64,000 bases of DNA, taken from the NCBI RefSeq assembly GCF_009914755.1, contig NC_060931.1. One strand, given 5' to 3'. Numbering within the stretch: the stretch's first letter is position 1; every line of letters begins with the position of its first letter. This DNA is from the human T2T-CHM13v2.0 reference genome, Homo sapiens. Positions 32,076 to 52,290 of this stretch are shown piece after piece. Below the pieces are notes generated by a model. That model saw only the letters and a list, made by a program, of their open reading frames with translations. It made no database searches and was not told the DNA's origin. The translations under genes and the position numbers were made by a program.

Positions 32076-32904
32076 TCAATTGGTCCCCAAGTCCCATCCC
32101 TCTGACTCAACCGATTGGTCCCCAAGCCATCTCCCTCCTAGAGGGCTTTTTGTCCATTTCTCGCCCTTCATCCTCAAGACCTCTCTCCCTGCTCTGGAGT
32201 CACTGTCTCCTCCTGAACCCCTATGGTAGCGCAACACCAGCTTTCTGCCTCCAGTTCTCTCTTCTCCAGCCATGAATTCACCAGAGCCATTTTTTCAAAA
32301 GGAAAATCCAGTCTTCAAACTCTCCATGCCTCTCTATCACCAGTCACTCATTTAGCACACATTTTTGGATGCCACAATGTGGCAGGCATGGGGCCAGGTG
32401 CTGGGACTGCCTCTGGGAACCAGACAAAGCCCCTGCCCTCAGGGAACTCCAGGCCAGCATTGGATACAGACCAGCCAACAGATAATTACTGGAGCCTGAA
32501 CCACCTGCCAGGAGTTGGGATGTATGGGTTGCTATGGACATGCAAACGCTAGCATTGAACCTGCGATGGGGGGAGGCATCCATCTTACTGTAAACATCCA
32601 AGGAGTCAAATCTTTGCCATGATTATTTCCACAGGGTAGACCTGAAAGTTAATGTATGAGTCAAAGCATGTGTTCATTTTTTTTAAAGGCTTTTGAAGAT
32701 AATTGTCAAATTGCTGTCCTGCAAATATTTGTTGAAGGAGCAGAGGGAAGCAGGGAGTAGAGAGATGGGATCTCTGAAAGGAAAAAACAAAACATACCAT
32801 TTTCGTGGATGGCTGAGTGGGGAGGGCTGGACCCATGCTGCCACCATGTCTTCTTTTTAAATTTTTTTAAAATTATTTTTTAAAACTTCGCTGGGTCCAA
32901 AAAT

Positions 32905-33530
<626 letters not shown>

Positions 33531-33628
33531 ATGTTCTCTGTCCTAGACAACGACCTGCAGCCCAGGGAGAGCAGAGAGAAAGGTTTGGGACAAATAAGCC
33601 TTAGTCATTACCATTTATTGGGCACCTA

Positions 33629-34261
<633 letters not shown>

Positions 34262-35661
34262 CTAGGTCAACCCTCTTAGCTGAGCCATGGGGGCCAGTGC
34301 TGAAAAGGAGAGCCCCAAGAGTGCAGCAGTCCTGTTTTGAATCCTGGCACCTCCCATTTCCCAGCTCTATGAGGTTGGGCAAGTCAATTCACTTTGCCTT
34401 AGCTTCTACATCTGTGAAATGGGAATGTGACCTGCCTTTCGAAGTTGCCAGAGGATCCCTTCAGTAACAGCTGCTGGACACCTGCTGTATGCCAGGCACG
34501 GGGCCAGGGCTGCATGATCAAAGACCTCCAGGGGCAGTGTGGACACAGGCTGGAGGGAGAGACTCCAGAGGAACTGGGAGGCCAGGTAGTGGCTGTCACA
34601 GAGGAGCAGTGAGAGAGAATGACCACTGACCCCAGCAGTGGGAGCAGGGATAAGGAGTAGATAACCGGACTTTGGTCCCTAAACTGAGACTGGGCTTAGG
34701 GTGGGAGAGGGAGGGGAGTAGAGACGTCAGGGGCTTCCATTTGAGGCCCAGATATCAGCCACCCCCTACCCCAAGCCAGCAGCAGAAAGAAGCAATGAAA
34801 CTACCCCTTGCCCCCCGATAACCCCCCTACAAGCCACTTGGCAGCCTTACCCTTGCAGAAATGGGGGTGCTTTGACGACCTCCCATGGCTATATGAGGAT
34901 GGGATGTCATGGAGGCCAGGAAGGCAGAAAAGGCTGTGTATGTTTCAAAGCCAGAATTCTCACTCTTCCCCTAAAATTCTCGAAAGAGCGACTGCAGTCT
35001 GGATGTGGGAGGGAGGCCTGCCCTGGTGGGTGGAGGAGGGTACGGAGGAGGGGCTCAGCCTCACCTGAGGGGCGAGGGGGTCGTCTCTCCCCACCTCTGG
35101 GAACAAGTTTTTCTTTTGTCTGTTTGTTGGTTATTTGGTTGGTTGATTGGGCTGGTGTACAATGTTTTGTTGCTGTTGTTTGTTTTTTGAGATGGAGTCT
35201 CTGGGTCACCTAGGCTGGTGTGCAGTGGCGTGATCTTGGCCTACTGCAACCTCTGCCTCCCAGGTTCAGGTGATTCTCCTACCTCAGCCTCCTGAGTAGC
35301 GGGGATTGCAGGCGCCCACCACCACATCCGGCTAATTTTTGTATTTTTAGTAGAGACAGGGTTTCGCCATGTTGGCCAGGCTGGTTTCGCACTCCTGAGC
35401 TCAGGTGATCTGCCTGCCTCGGACACCCAAAGTGCTGGGATTACAGGCGAGAGCCACTGCGCCTGGCCAGGCTTGTGTACAGTGAACTTGAGCTTCCTCA
35501 GTGCTGAAGACCTGGCTTGATCTGTGACCTTGGACAGGTTATTGCAAGCCGGAGTGTGCACTTGTGACCCAGGGGTTGGCGGGGCTGGGCTGAGTGCGGG
35601 GCAGGAAAGAGGGAACCAAATCTGGGAGACCAGCCCCTTCACCCTCTCTGTGCCCCTGCAG

Positions 35662-35763
35662 GTATTCGGAGGAGGAGATTCGGCAGAAAGTGGGGACATT
35701 CCGGCAGATGCTGATGGAGAAGGAGGGAGTGCTCACCAGGGAGGACCGGCCTGGGGGCCACAT
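35662..35763 (+). CDS. SRRM3: SRRM3 exon 3 (102 nt, second half of cwf21 domain)
   Basis: cccctgcAG|G...AT|GTGAGT; continues the frame as YSEEEIRQKVGTFRQMLMEKEGVLTREDRPGGH. Confidence 0.95.
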
Positions 35764-36224
35764 GTGAGTGCTTACCTGTGTGGGGATGAGGGAGAGGGGG
35801 TGCAGGCTCAGGCAGCAGCTGGGTACTAAAGGGGCCTGTCCAGGTGGCTTGGTCTGGTTGGGGCTCAGGTGAGGGGGTGGAGAGGAAGAAGATAAGGAGA
35901 AGGAGAGGAGAGCATGGTCTCTGCCCACTGGAAATGCTGGCCTGGCCCACGGACATCTGGACATCACCAAGGGCCTCCTCCTACCCTCCCTGGGTCCTAC
36001 CTATGGCTCAGCAGTGGGAGGCATGGGGAAGGCAGCCCAGATCTCAGCTCAGGGGATTCTGAGCTGCAAATCGGAAGACCTCAGATATGCCCTGAACCCA
36101 ACATTGTCTCTGGCCGACAAAGTGACCCCAGGCAAGCCCTGATGATTCCCTCCTATAGAAATGAAATTTGGGCAGGGTACAGTGGCTCAAGCCTGTAATC
36201 CCAGCACTTCGGGAGGCCAAGTCA

Positions 36225-36750
<526 letters not shown>

Positions 36751-37472
36751 TCAGGGAGCTGAGACACGAGAATCACTTGAACCTGGAAGGCGGAGGTTGC
36801 AGTGAGCCGCGCCACTGCACTCCAGCCTGGGTGACAGAGCGAGACTCTGTCTCAAAAAAAAAAAAAAGGGTGTATGGCTTTGCTGAGGTCACGCCTCTGC
36901 CGCCTGTCACAGGATAGGAGGCACACCGGTTTGCCGTGGGCCTCTGGGTGGGCCTTGGATCAAACGGGCAAGTTATAGCAAGGCAAATATTGTCTCAGAT
37001 CAGAGGCGAACTGTGAACCACTCAAAACCATACAAACACTGGAGGAGGCTGCATTATGAGGGTGGGAACAGCCTGTGCCTGGGATTGTCCAGCCATTGCT
37101 GGCCGAGCTCCATGCCTGGCAGGCACCGTGTGCTCAGGGAGCGTTGCTGAATCCACTCAGATGAGCCTTCCCCTTGTTCACCCTCAGTTTCCCCGCCCAG
37201 CACCAACATCTGATGCTTCTCTGGCTAGAAGTAAAATTAGCTGGGCTATGTGGTACATGCCTGTAATCTCAGCTACTTGGGAAGCTGAGGCGGGAGAATC
37301 ACTTGAACCCGCCTCAGAACAGAGTGAGATTCTGTTTCAAAAAATAATAATAAAATAATAATAATAATAAATCTTAGCCTACATGCAGGAATGGGTAAAG
37401 GTCTCTTAAACAAAAATGGAGTTAATTATATTCATTCATTTGCTGTTCCGCTATCCCAGCAGCACCTTCTGA

Positions 37473-37858
<386 letters not shown>

Positions 37859-38791
37859 TGACGCCCCGCTAATTTTTTTGTATTTTTAGTAGAGATGGGG
37901 TTTCGCCACATTGGCCAGGCTGGTCTCGAACTCGTGACCTCAGGTGACCCACCCGCCTCGGCCTCCCAAAGTGCTGGGATTACAGGCATGAGCCACCACA
38001 CCCAGTCTTAGTCATCGTAAAGGCTGGCAGCACTGTAGGAACAGACAGACCTCAATAGGAAACGGGGAAACCCTTCTTGCAGACTTTCTGTATTGCTGGG
38101 TAGTGAGGGGTAAAGTATTTCCCACCTTACCCCACTTAATCCTCATCTCTCTGGCCAGAGTAGGAGCAAAACAGGAACAGAGACAGGCTCCAGCCTGGGT
38201 GACGAAGAAAGACTCCATCAAATAAATAAATAAATAAGACTAATACATGTAAAGTGCTCATCGTACCTGGCACCTGGGTCAGTAATTATCATAATATGCA
38301 CCGTGTCATATTGTTGCCCCACAGTCTGAGAAGTGAAGGAAAAAGCTCGAGACTGGATTCATCTCTGTTTCTATCATCACTACCCCCACCCAGGGCCCCT
38401 GGCAGGCCTGGCAGCCTGGCTGAGTGATGAGCAGAGAGGGTGGACCCTTTGCCTGGACTCCCCGCCCTCCTCCCACATCTGGGCCCTTTCATCTGTCAGT
38501 GGGCCATTGTGTTCCTGGCTAATGGGAAACAGGACCATTTAATTGGCGAAAGTGCTGGCATGAGGAAGAGCGTGCTGCCGGCAGTCTCTACCCAGGGCAG
38601 AGCCCTGCCCATGGCGGTCAGCCCGACGCCCGTCCTCTGTGGGGCTGTGTTCCACTTCCACATGCTCTTTGTCCTTTTGTAGCAGACTCTGTCTGGGTCC
38701 ACTTTGATCAGCTCTGTGGGGCTCAGTTTGTTTTCACAAGGGGGTAAAACTTCCCCTGCCTACTCCACAGACATGATCAGGAGTAAACTAG

Positions 38792-39053
<262 letters not shown>

Positions 39054-39793
39054 TAGCCAGGATGGTCCCGATCTCCTGACCTTGTGATCCGCCTGCCTTG
39101 GCCTCCCAAAGTGCTGGGATTACAGGCGTGAGCCACCGCGCCCGGCCCCCAGCAGCACTTTGGAAGGCTGAGGTGGGAGGATCACTTGAGCCCAGGAGTT
39201 CCAGACCAGCCTGGGCAACAGAGCAAGACCCCCATCTCTATTTAAAAAAAAAAATGCTGGGAGCTGTGGTTCATACCTGTAATCCCAGCATTTTGGGAGG
39301 CTGAGGCGGTTGGATCACTTGAGGTCAGGAGTTCAAGACCAGCCTGGCCAACACGGTGAAACCCCCATCTCTACTAAAAATACAAAAAATTAGCTGAGCA
39401 TGGTGGCACACGCCTGCAATCCCAGCTACTCTGGAGCTGGGAGCTGAGGTGGGAAAATTTCTTGAACCCAGGAGGTGGAGTTTGCACTGAGCCAAGATCA
39501 CGCAACCACACTACAGCCTTGGCAACAGAATAAGGCTCTGTCTCAAAAAATAAATAAAAACAAAAATAATTGAAAAAGAAAACATGAAAATTTAAGAGCA
39601 TAAAACATTAAACAAATTTAGGACTCAGAGAGCACACACCCACAACAGTATCTATCGAGTCGGAAGGGGATGAGTGAGCTGGAAGACCTCATGCTGGCTT
39701 ACATCTCCAGCAGGGAAGGTCAGCCAGCGCATTCAAGGGCTGTGTCATTTGCACATGAATTCTCAAAGCCAGTTGCTAGATGAACTTATATAG

Positions 39794-40102
<309 letters not shown>

Positions 40103-40348
40103 TGATTTGTAGAAATGTGATCTTACTATGTTGCCCAGGCTGCTCTCAAACTCCCAGTCTCAAGTGATCCTCTCACCTTAGACTCAACGTATATGCTTTA
40201 CTAAAAGGTCTTGACATCATAGGGAATGTTCCTTTTCTTCTCTGCACCTCAGTTTTCTCATCTGCAAAATGGAAAGGGGTGCAATTTCTGTAAATCATTA
40301 AGGGGCTATGAATGGGATTGTGAACTATGAAGCACTCTTTAAATATTA

Positions 40349-40694
<346 letters not shown>

Positions 40695-40907
40695 TCACGC
40701 CCGTAATCCCAGCACTTTGGGAGGCCGAGGTGGGTGGATCACCTGAGTTTGGGAGTTTGAGACCAGCCTGACCAACATGGAGAAACCTCATTTCTACTAA
40801 AAATACAAAATTAGGCTGGGCACGGTGGCTCAAGCCTGTAATCCTAGCACTTTGGGAGGCTGAGGCAGGTGGATCATGAGGTCAGGAGTTCGAGACCATC
40901 CTGGCTA

Positions 40908-41468
<561 letters not shown>

Positions 41469-41811
41469 CTACCCTGTGCTCATCTTTATTTATTTATTTA
41501 TTTATTTTTGAGATGGAGTCTCACTGTCACCCAGGCTGGAGTGCAGTGACACAATCACAGCTCATTGCTGCCTTGAACTCCTGGGCTCAAGTAGTCATCC
41601 CACCAGGACTACAGGCATGCACCACCACATCCAGCTAATCTACATGTTTTTTGTTTTTTGGGTTTTTTTTTTTTGTACAGACGGGGGTCTTGCTTTCTTG
41701 CCCAGGCTGGTTTTAAACTCCTGATCTCAAGTGATACTCCCACTTAAGCCTCCCAGGTTGCTGGGATGATAGGCATGGGCCACTGTGCCTGGCTGAACTG
41801 GGCTGTTTTGA

Positions 41812-41916
<105 letters not shown>

Positions 41917-42437
41917 TGAGTAGCTGGGATTACAAGCATGTCCTACCATACCTGGCTAATTTTGTATTTTTAGTAGAGATGGGGTTTCACCATGTTGGTA
42001 AGGCTTGTCTCGAACTCCTCACTTCAAATGATCCAGTTGCTTCAGCCTCCCAAAGTGCTGGGATTACAGGCACGAGCCACCGCACCCAGCCTGGGCTATT
42101 TTATTTTGTAAATAACCTTCATCATTTTTGTGTCAGTATCAACTGAAGCTCCCTGCTCCTACCAGCTCACCCACACAATACGCAATGTGAGCTTAAGTTT
42201 TGCTAAAGACTATGTTTTATGTGTCAGGCAGGCACTTTTGCGGCTGAGGACCTGTGTAGGGGTAATGGGCCCTGGAAGGATGGGGCTTGATGAGCTGAGG
42301 GTGCTGGGAATTTTAGGGACAAGGACAGGAGGCAGGACGCCACTGGCCTCAGGAAGAGGAGCATGGAAAAGAAAAGAGAAGTTTAAACAAAGGAATGTGG
42401 GGGTGTTTGGCTCTGTACAAGCTGGGGGATGACATGA

Positions 42438-42983
<546 letters not shown>

Positions 42984-43102
42984 TAGCTCACTGCAGCCTC
43001 AAACTCCTGGGCTCAAGCCATCTTCTGGCCCCAGCCTCCCAGGTAGCTGGGACTCCACAGGTGCATGCCACTGTGCCCTGCTTTTTATTTTTATTTTTGT
43101 AA

Positions 43103-43234
<132 letters not shown>

Positions 43235-43559
43235 TAAAATACAAAATCAGGCTTCAAAGAGTCAATTAGTGGGTTCCCTAAAAAATCTGTCTTTTACCCT
43301 GTAGCTGTGGCCTGCCTCCCTTCCCTCTGTTTCATTTTCTGTGTTGCAGCGTCTTTTCTCCCCGGAAGAGATGTTGGTGTGTAAGTAGCAGCAACGGCCC
43401 CTCTGTTTAACGGTGGCTACCCCTCCCCGGATGACAGTCACAGGCCAGGCCTCATAGACAGCATTTTACTTTCCTCAAAGGTGGTCTGTTCTTTCCCTCG
43501 ATGTATAGATATGACCGAGAACTTAGTCATGCCTGGATTCAAACCTGTCTCTGTGAATC

Positions 43560-44673
<1,114 letters not shown>

Positions 44674-45985
44674 AATCCAAAACTCATGTTCTTAATGCTC
44701 TGCCGATCCAAGCCCTTTTCCCTATTGCTGTAGGAGGGGAAGGGGTGAGCCAGGTGGACAGCACCCAGAAGTAAGGGGAGCTCTGCTGAAACCAGGGCTA
44801 AGCCTCCATCTTGGTGGGGGAGGGCACTGTCTGAGCCAGCTTGGATAAAAAATGGAAGGTCGGGGCCACCCCCCTAGAGACAGGTCTCTGGAGGGTCACT
44901 TCCAGGCTTGTTCAATTAAAAAAAAAAAAAAAAAAAAAAGAAGGCCAGGCATGGTGGCTCACACCTATAATCCTAGTACTTTGGGAGGCCAAGGCAAGAT
45001 AATTTCTTGAGCAATCCTCCTGGGTTGAGGCCAGGAGGTCAAGACCAGCCTGGGCAACATAGTGAGACCCCATCTCTACAAAAAAAGTTTTTTTTAATTA
45101 GTTGGGAGTGGTGGTGTGCTCCTGTAGTCCCAGCTACTCTGGAGGCTGGAGTGGGAGGATCGCTTGAGGCCAGGAGTTCAAGGCTGCAGCGAGCTGTGAT
45201 GGCACAACTGCACTCCAGCCTCGCGACAGGGTGAGACCCTGTCTCAAAAAATAAAATAAAAAATAAAAAATAAACTGCACAGCACCTATGACCTCAGCAA
45301 ATTCTCCCAACAGCCCTGGAATGGAGTTATCACTCTCACCTTCGAGAAGAGGCTCACAGAGGGACACGGCAGGCTCCAGGTCACAAGGCGGCTCAGGACA
45401 GTGCAGGATGAGCCCTTGTCTGGAGCTTCAAATCTCATGCTCTTGCCTCCAGCCCAGCTACCTCTAGAAAAAAAGAAGCGCTCTGAGAAGAGCCTGTAGG
45501 GAGCCAACATCTGTGGCAGAGGCTGGCTGGGGCTGCGGGAGCAGGGACAGGAGGTGTCTGGTCCCTGCTGAGCGAAAAGGAGAGTTCTGTAAGATGGATA
45601 GGGAGTATTGGAGGCCCCCACCCTCTGCCACCAGGCTTGATTGATGAGCACAGTCCTGCTGCCAGAGATGAGCAGGGGGGGCCCCTGGAGGCTGCAGAGG
45701 GGAGGGCGAGGAGAGGCTATGAATATTTCAGCGACAGAGGCCGGGCTGGAGGAAAGGAGGGGAAGCGGGGCAGGGAGGCACTCAGCCAGCGGGAGGGGGC
45801 TCAGGGACTAGGACACCCAGGTGAGGAAAGACCCACATCATTGAGCCAGGGCTCGGGGAGGGCGGAGATAGGCCAGGAGGAAGGGGCTCTTTAAGAAATT
45901 AGAGTTTGCCGGGCGCGGTGGCTCACGCCTGTAATCCCAGCACGTTGGGAGGCCAAGGTGGGTGGATCACAAGGTCAGGAGTTCA

Positions 45986-46240
<255 letters not shown>

Positions 46241-47379
46241 TTAGAGTTCGCCGTGCGCGGTGGCTCACGCCTGTAATCCCAGCACTTTGGGAGGCCAAAG
46301 CTGGCAGATCATCTGAGATCGGGAGTTCCATACCAGCCTGACTAACATGGAGAAACCCCATCTCTACTAAAAATACAAAAATTAGCGGGCACCTGTAATC
46401 CCAGCTACTCGGGAGGCTGAGGCAGGAGAATCACTTGAACCCAGGAAGCGGAGGTTGCAGTGAGGTGAGATTGCAGGAGACTGCAGCAGGCAGAGGTTGC
46501 AGTGAGGCGAGATCGGGCCCCTGCACTCCAGCCAGGACAACGGAGTGAGACTGAAAAAAAAAAGAAAGAAAAGAAAAGAGAAATTAGGGTTCAGTGAGAG
46601 AAAGGAGGGGTGGGGATGGGGTTCCCAGAATAGGACAGTAGGGTTAGGGGCACAGGGATCAAATGGGGGGTTCACTGAGGGGGAGGGCTTCAATGAATGG
46701 GGCTAGGATATGGAGGGGATTCAGTGAAGAAGAGGAGCCTCATCTAAGGAGTAGCCACACACACCCCACCCACGACTGCAGGGTGGCTCATGCCTGGAAT
46801 TCCAGCACTTTGAGAGATCAAACGGGAGGATCGCTTGAGGCCAGGAGTTCGAAACCAGCCTGAGCAACATAGTGAGACCCCGTCTCTGCAAAATTTTTCA
46901 AATTAGCCAGGGTGGGGGTCCACGCCTGTAGTCCCAGCTACTCAAGAGGCTGAGGAGGAAGGATCGCTTGGGCCCAGAAGTTCAAGGCTGCAGTGAGCTA
47001 TGATCCCACCGCTGCAACCCAGCCTGAGCAACAGAGCAAGACCCTATCTCCAAAATTAAAAAAAAAAAAAAGAGGAGGGGGCTTACTGAGATGGTGAGAA
47101 CTCAGAAGGGGTGCGGGCTAAATAAGGGGCTCGGTTATCTCCTTCTTTTTTGCAAAAGATTGTACCGTGAGGTCGGGGACCTGTAGGGGATGTGCCCCGT
47201 TGGGTTCCCCAAATCTCTGCCTAGCCCTGTAAGGCCAGGGGCCGCAGTTACCCCTCGCCCCTCCCCCAGCCGGGTAGCAGCCCGCAGACTTGCGGGGCTA
47301 GGTCAGGCCCCCTGCGCCGAGAAAAGGGGTGAAGAAAAGTCGTCCCGAGACTGGTGGTGAGCGTCCCTGTCGCCGGCAG

Positions 47380-47508
47380 TGTGGCGGAGACCCCGCGGCT
47401 GACCGAGGGCGCTGAGCCGGGCCTGGAGTACGCGCCCTTTGACGATGACGACGGCCCAGTGGACTGTGACTGCCCGGCCTCCTGCTACCGCGGCCACCGC
47501 GGGTACAG
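47380..47508 (+). CDS. SRRM3: SRRM3 exon 4 (129 nt)
   Basis: cgccggcAG|T...AG|GTCAGC; VAETPRLTEGAEPGLEYAPFDDDDGPVDCDCPASCYRGHRGY, in frame. Confidence 0.9.
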
Positions 47509-47590
47509 GTCAGCGGCCGCCGCGGCGGGGGTGGGGGGCGCGCGGGGCTGCCCCCCCTCACCGCCCCCACCCCCGCCCCTTCTCCCCCAG

Positions 47591-47671
47591 GACCAAGCAT
47601 TGGTCTAGCAGCTCGGCATCGCCCCCTCCCAAGAAAAAGAAGAAAAAGAAAGGCGGCCACCGGAGAAGCCG
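47591..47671 (+). CDS. SRRM3: SRRM3 exon 5 (81 nt; SV40-like [13 protein letters not shown])
   Basis: tctcccccAG|G...CG|GTGAGA; [26 protein letters not shown]. Confidence 0.92.
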
Positions 47672-47871
47672 GTGAGAACCGCGCCTGACCGGAGCGGGAA
47701 GGGAGGAGGAGGTGGGGTCTCTCCCCGGATGCCCGTCCCTGGCTCACAACCATGCAGCATTTGTGAGCCCCGCCCCTCTCTGAGCCCCTCCCTCGCCCTC
47801 CCCGTGCCGTCCCCCGACTAGGTGCCCTCCGGGTAACTGAACCCACCCCAGGCCTCAAGCTCCTCCCCTCG

Positions 47872-48098
47872 CTAGGCCCCGCCCCTCGACAAGCCCCTCC
47901 CCTTCGCTAGGTTCCGCCCCCCAAGGAGCCCCTCCCCTTCTCTGGGGCCCGCCCCTCACCGAGCCCCTCCCCTTCTCTAGGACCCGCCCCTCATCGAGGT
48001 CCTCTCCCCACTAGGCCCCACCCCTCATCGAGCCCCTCCCCTTATCTGGGATCCGCCCCTCACTGAGCCCTTCTCTAGCACCTGCCTCTCACTGAATC
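47872..48098. repeat. Degenerate C-rich minisatellite, about 35-bp period, about 7 copies
   Basis: Unit approximately CTAGGCCCCGCCCCTCAYCGAGCCCCTCCCCTTCT. Confidence 0.8.
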
Positions 48099-48347
48099 CC
48101 CCAGAGCCAGACTCACTGACCGGGCCCGTGTGTTACCAGCACCTGCTCCCAGTCCCCCTCTGCCCTCCCAGGGGTCCCGTGCCCACCAACACTAGTGCGA
48201 GTGGCCCTGGGGAGGAGGGGCCTCATCTGCCATCCCCGAATCTCTCTGTCCACCCTCCCCTGTCCTGCGTGAGACCCTGGCAAGTGTCTGGGGCCCCAAC
48301 TAACCCCATCCATCCGTCTGTCCTTTCTTCCTGGCATCTGCCCTCAG

Positions 48348-48377
48348 CAAAAAGAGGAGACTGGAGTCCGAATGCAG
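48348..48377 (+). CDS. SRRM3: SRRM3 exon 6 (30 nt small exon)
   Basis: ctgccctcAG|C...AG|GTCAGT; KKRRLESEC; frame preserved. Confidence 0.85.
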
Positions 48378-48825
48378 GTCAGTGGGGACAGAGCTGGCTG
48401 GGGCCAGGGCGGGGGATGTCTGTGGGTGGGAGAGATTCCAAGGCCATCCCCCAGAGGCCGGAGGCCTGGACCCTCAGGGCCTGCACCTGGACACTGCCAA
48501 GGTGCAAGTTTTGCCCCTACAGAGGCCGTGAATCCCACCGTTGGAGCCTCTGACTTCTGGGTTTGAAACTATCTTTGCCCACAATGCCAGGGGGGACATT
48601 GTTGTCCCCACAATTGTGGGGACAACATAGGCAGCGCCATCAACTACCCTGAGGGACCTTGGCGACCCTTGGGGCCTCGGGTCACTCTGTACAAGGGACC
48701 TTGGGCTTCCTGGCCTGGAATTCCCTTTCCAGCTTCAATGTCCCAAGCACCCAGGTCTCTCCAGCCATTTCCAGCCCCCCACCCCCCACCCCAGCTCACT
48801 AGAGCCCACCTCCCTGTGTCCACAG

Positions 48826-48888
48826 CTGTGGGAGCTCCTCACCCCTCCGCAAGAAGAAGAAGAGTGTGAAGAAGCATCGCCGAGACAG
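48826..48888 (+). CDS. SRRM3: SRRM3 exon 7 (63 nt)
   Basis: tgtccacAG|C...AG|GTACCC; CGSSSPLRKKKKSVKKHRRD. Confidence 0.9.
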
Positions 48889-49019
48889 GTACCCTTGCTG
48901 CCCCCACCCTGGGGCCTCCTCTTCCTCCCGTGGGGCCCAGGGCCAGGGCTGTGGCCCTCCATAGGTCTCCCCTGGGCCACCCCAGGCAGGCTCAAGAGAA
49001 CTCCTTTATCGCCCTACAG

Positions 49020-49055
49020 GTCTGATTCTGGGTCCCGGAGGAAGAGACGGCACAG
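49020..49055 (+). CDS. SRRM3: SRRM3 exon 8 (36 nt)
   Basis: gccctacAG|G...AG|GTGAGC; SDSGSRRKRRH. Confidence 0.9.
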
Positions 49056-49895
49056 GTGAGCGGCGCTTTGCAGAGGACATGGTCAGTGGTCCCTTAAGGA
49101 CCAAAGCCCAAAGGACGCAATGATGGGAGGGGGTTTTGAGGGTCCCACAGGGCTCCATCCTTCAGCTCCAGGGTTCCTTCCCACAGCCAGGCTGCGGGGA
49201 CAGGGCAGTGGAGAAGGAGCATGAAAACCAACTGTTTGCAACCCTTGCCTGCCCCATGCATCAGCCATGACGTGGTGACCCCAAGAATTTCTAGACAACA
49301 TGGCAGGTCCAATGCCCAAGGGGTGTGTCTGTCTGTGGAGGTGCCAGTTAGACAAGCAGAAACACCGAGACCCTGAATTTGCAGGGAAACAGCTCGCGAG
49401 GCAGGAGGACCTCTGTGAGCTGGGAGGGCTCCATGGATAGGAGGCAGGGTCGGGGAGCTGTGGCTAGAGGTAGAGTTTCTCGGGGACAGGTGCTAGCCTC
49501 CCAACAGGTTTGACTGCCAGGTTATGGAGCCATCCTCCACCCAGGAGGGCTGGGGGTTAGTGTGGGGGAGCTCTGAGCAGGGCAGTGGCTTGTTCAGGGT
49601 GGACTGGGGGAGGGGAGAGGAAGTGAAAGGCAGGAGTCCAGGTGGAGGCAGAGTGGTGCAGGAGAAGAGGGTTGCTGAGAAAGCAGAAAACAGCCTGAGC
49701 CAGGCACGGTGGCTCACACCTATAATCCCAGCACTGTGGGAGGCTGAGGCAGGTGGATCGCTTGAGGCCAGGAGTTTGACACCAGCCTGGACAACATGGT
49801 GAAATCCTGTCTCTACTGAAAATACGAAAATTAGCTGGGTGTGGTGGCAAGCGCCTGTAATCCCAGCTACTCGAGAGGCTGAGGCAGGAGAATCA

Positions 49896-50408
<513 letters not shown>

Positions 50409-50819
50409 TCAGAGCCAGACCCCCTTCCAGCAGCCCAGAGGAAGGGCAGAGTCTGGAGTTCCTTCTTTGTAGTGGGAATTTGCCAAGTAGGGGAGGAGCC
50501 TACATAAACACCTAATCCTGCCCCTCCAATGTCCCCAATTTTTCATCTTCCCCTGGCCTCCCAGTGTCTATGGATCAGTGTGGGTCCCTACTGCCCCCAA
50601 GTGGCCACCATTAGCTTACACACACCCTCTGGCCAGCTCCCATCCTTCCTGGACAGGTCCTAAAAGTGAACTAGGAATAGACCAACTTCCAATGGGGAGA
50701 CTGAAGCCCAAAGCAGGCTCCAGCACCCAAACCCATAGCCTCCGGGCCTTCCCCGCAGTCACTCTGCTCCTGTGGGAGCACATTTCTGTGTTCCTTAGTA
50801 TGGCTTTGTTTTGGGGTCA

Positions 50820-51670
<851 letters not shown>

Positions 51671-52239
51671 TCACTCTTATTGCCCAGGCTGGAGTGCAAA
51701 GGCGCGATCTCAGCTTACGCAACCTCCGCCTCCCAGGTTCAAGCGATTCTCTTGCCTCAGCCTCCCTAGTAGCTGGGATTATAGGCACACACCACCACGC
51801 CTGGCTAATTTTGTATTTTTAGTAGAGACTGGGTTTCTCCATGTTGGTCAGGCTGGTCTCAAACTCCTGACTTCAAGTGATCCACTGGCCTCAGCCTCCC
51901 AAAGTGCTGAGATTAAAGGTGTGAGCCACCATGCCCGGCTATAGCACCCCACTTTATCTGGGGCCAGCCACACTTCTGTGGCCCTCCCAGACTGGGCAGC
52001 ATTTGCGACCCAGGGAGGTGTTCACGGGCCAGGACTTCCAGGAGGAGGAAGGCCGGAGCTTTGGCTGAGTGAAAGGGACAAAGGGGTGGAGTAGGATGGA
52101 AAAGTCCCCGCCAGCCATGGGGCTTAGGCCCTAGAGTGGAACAAATCTCAGATCCACACCTGAGTATACCCAGGCTCCAGGGCACGAAGGCCACACCCTC
52201 CCCGGGCCACACCATCACTGTGGTCTCTGCTCTCTGCAG

Positions 52240-52290
52240 ATCTCGAAGCTCCAAGTGCAAAAGAAAAGAGAAGAACAAAGAGAAGAAGAG
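52240..52290 (+). CDS. SRRM3: SRRM3 exon 9 (51 nt)
   Basis: tctctgcAG|A...AG|GTAAGC; SRSSKCKRKEKNKEKK. Confidence 0.92.

Larger units (their letters stand above)
47230..47900. other. Intragenic CpG island over exons 4-5
   Basis: Dense CpG and very high GC. Confidence 0.75.
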
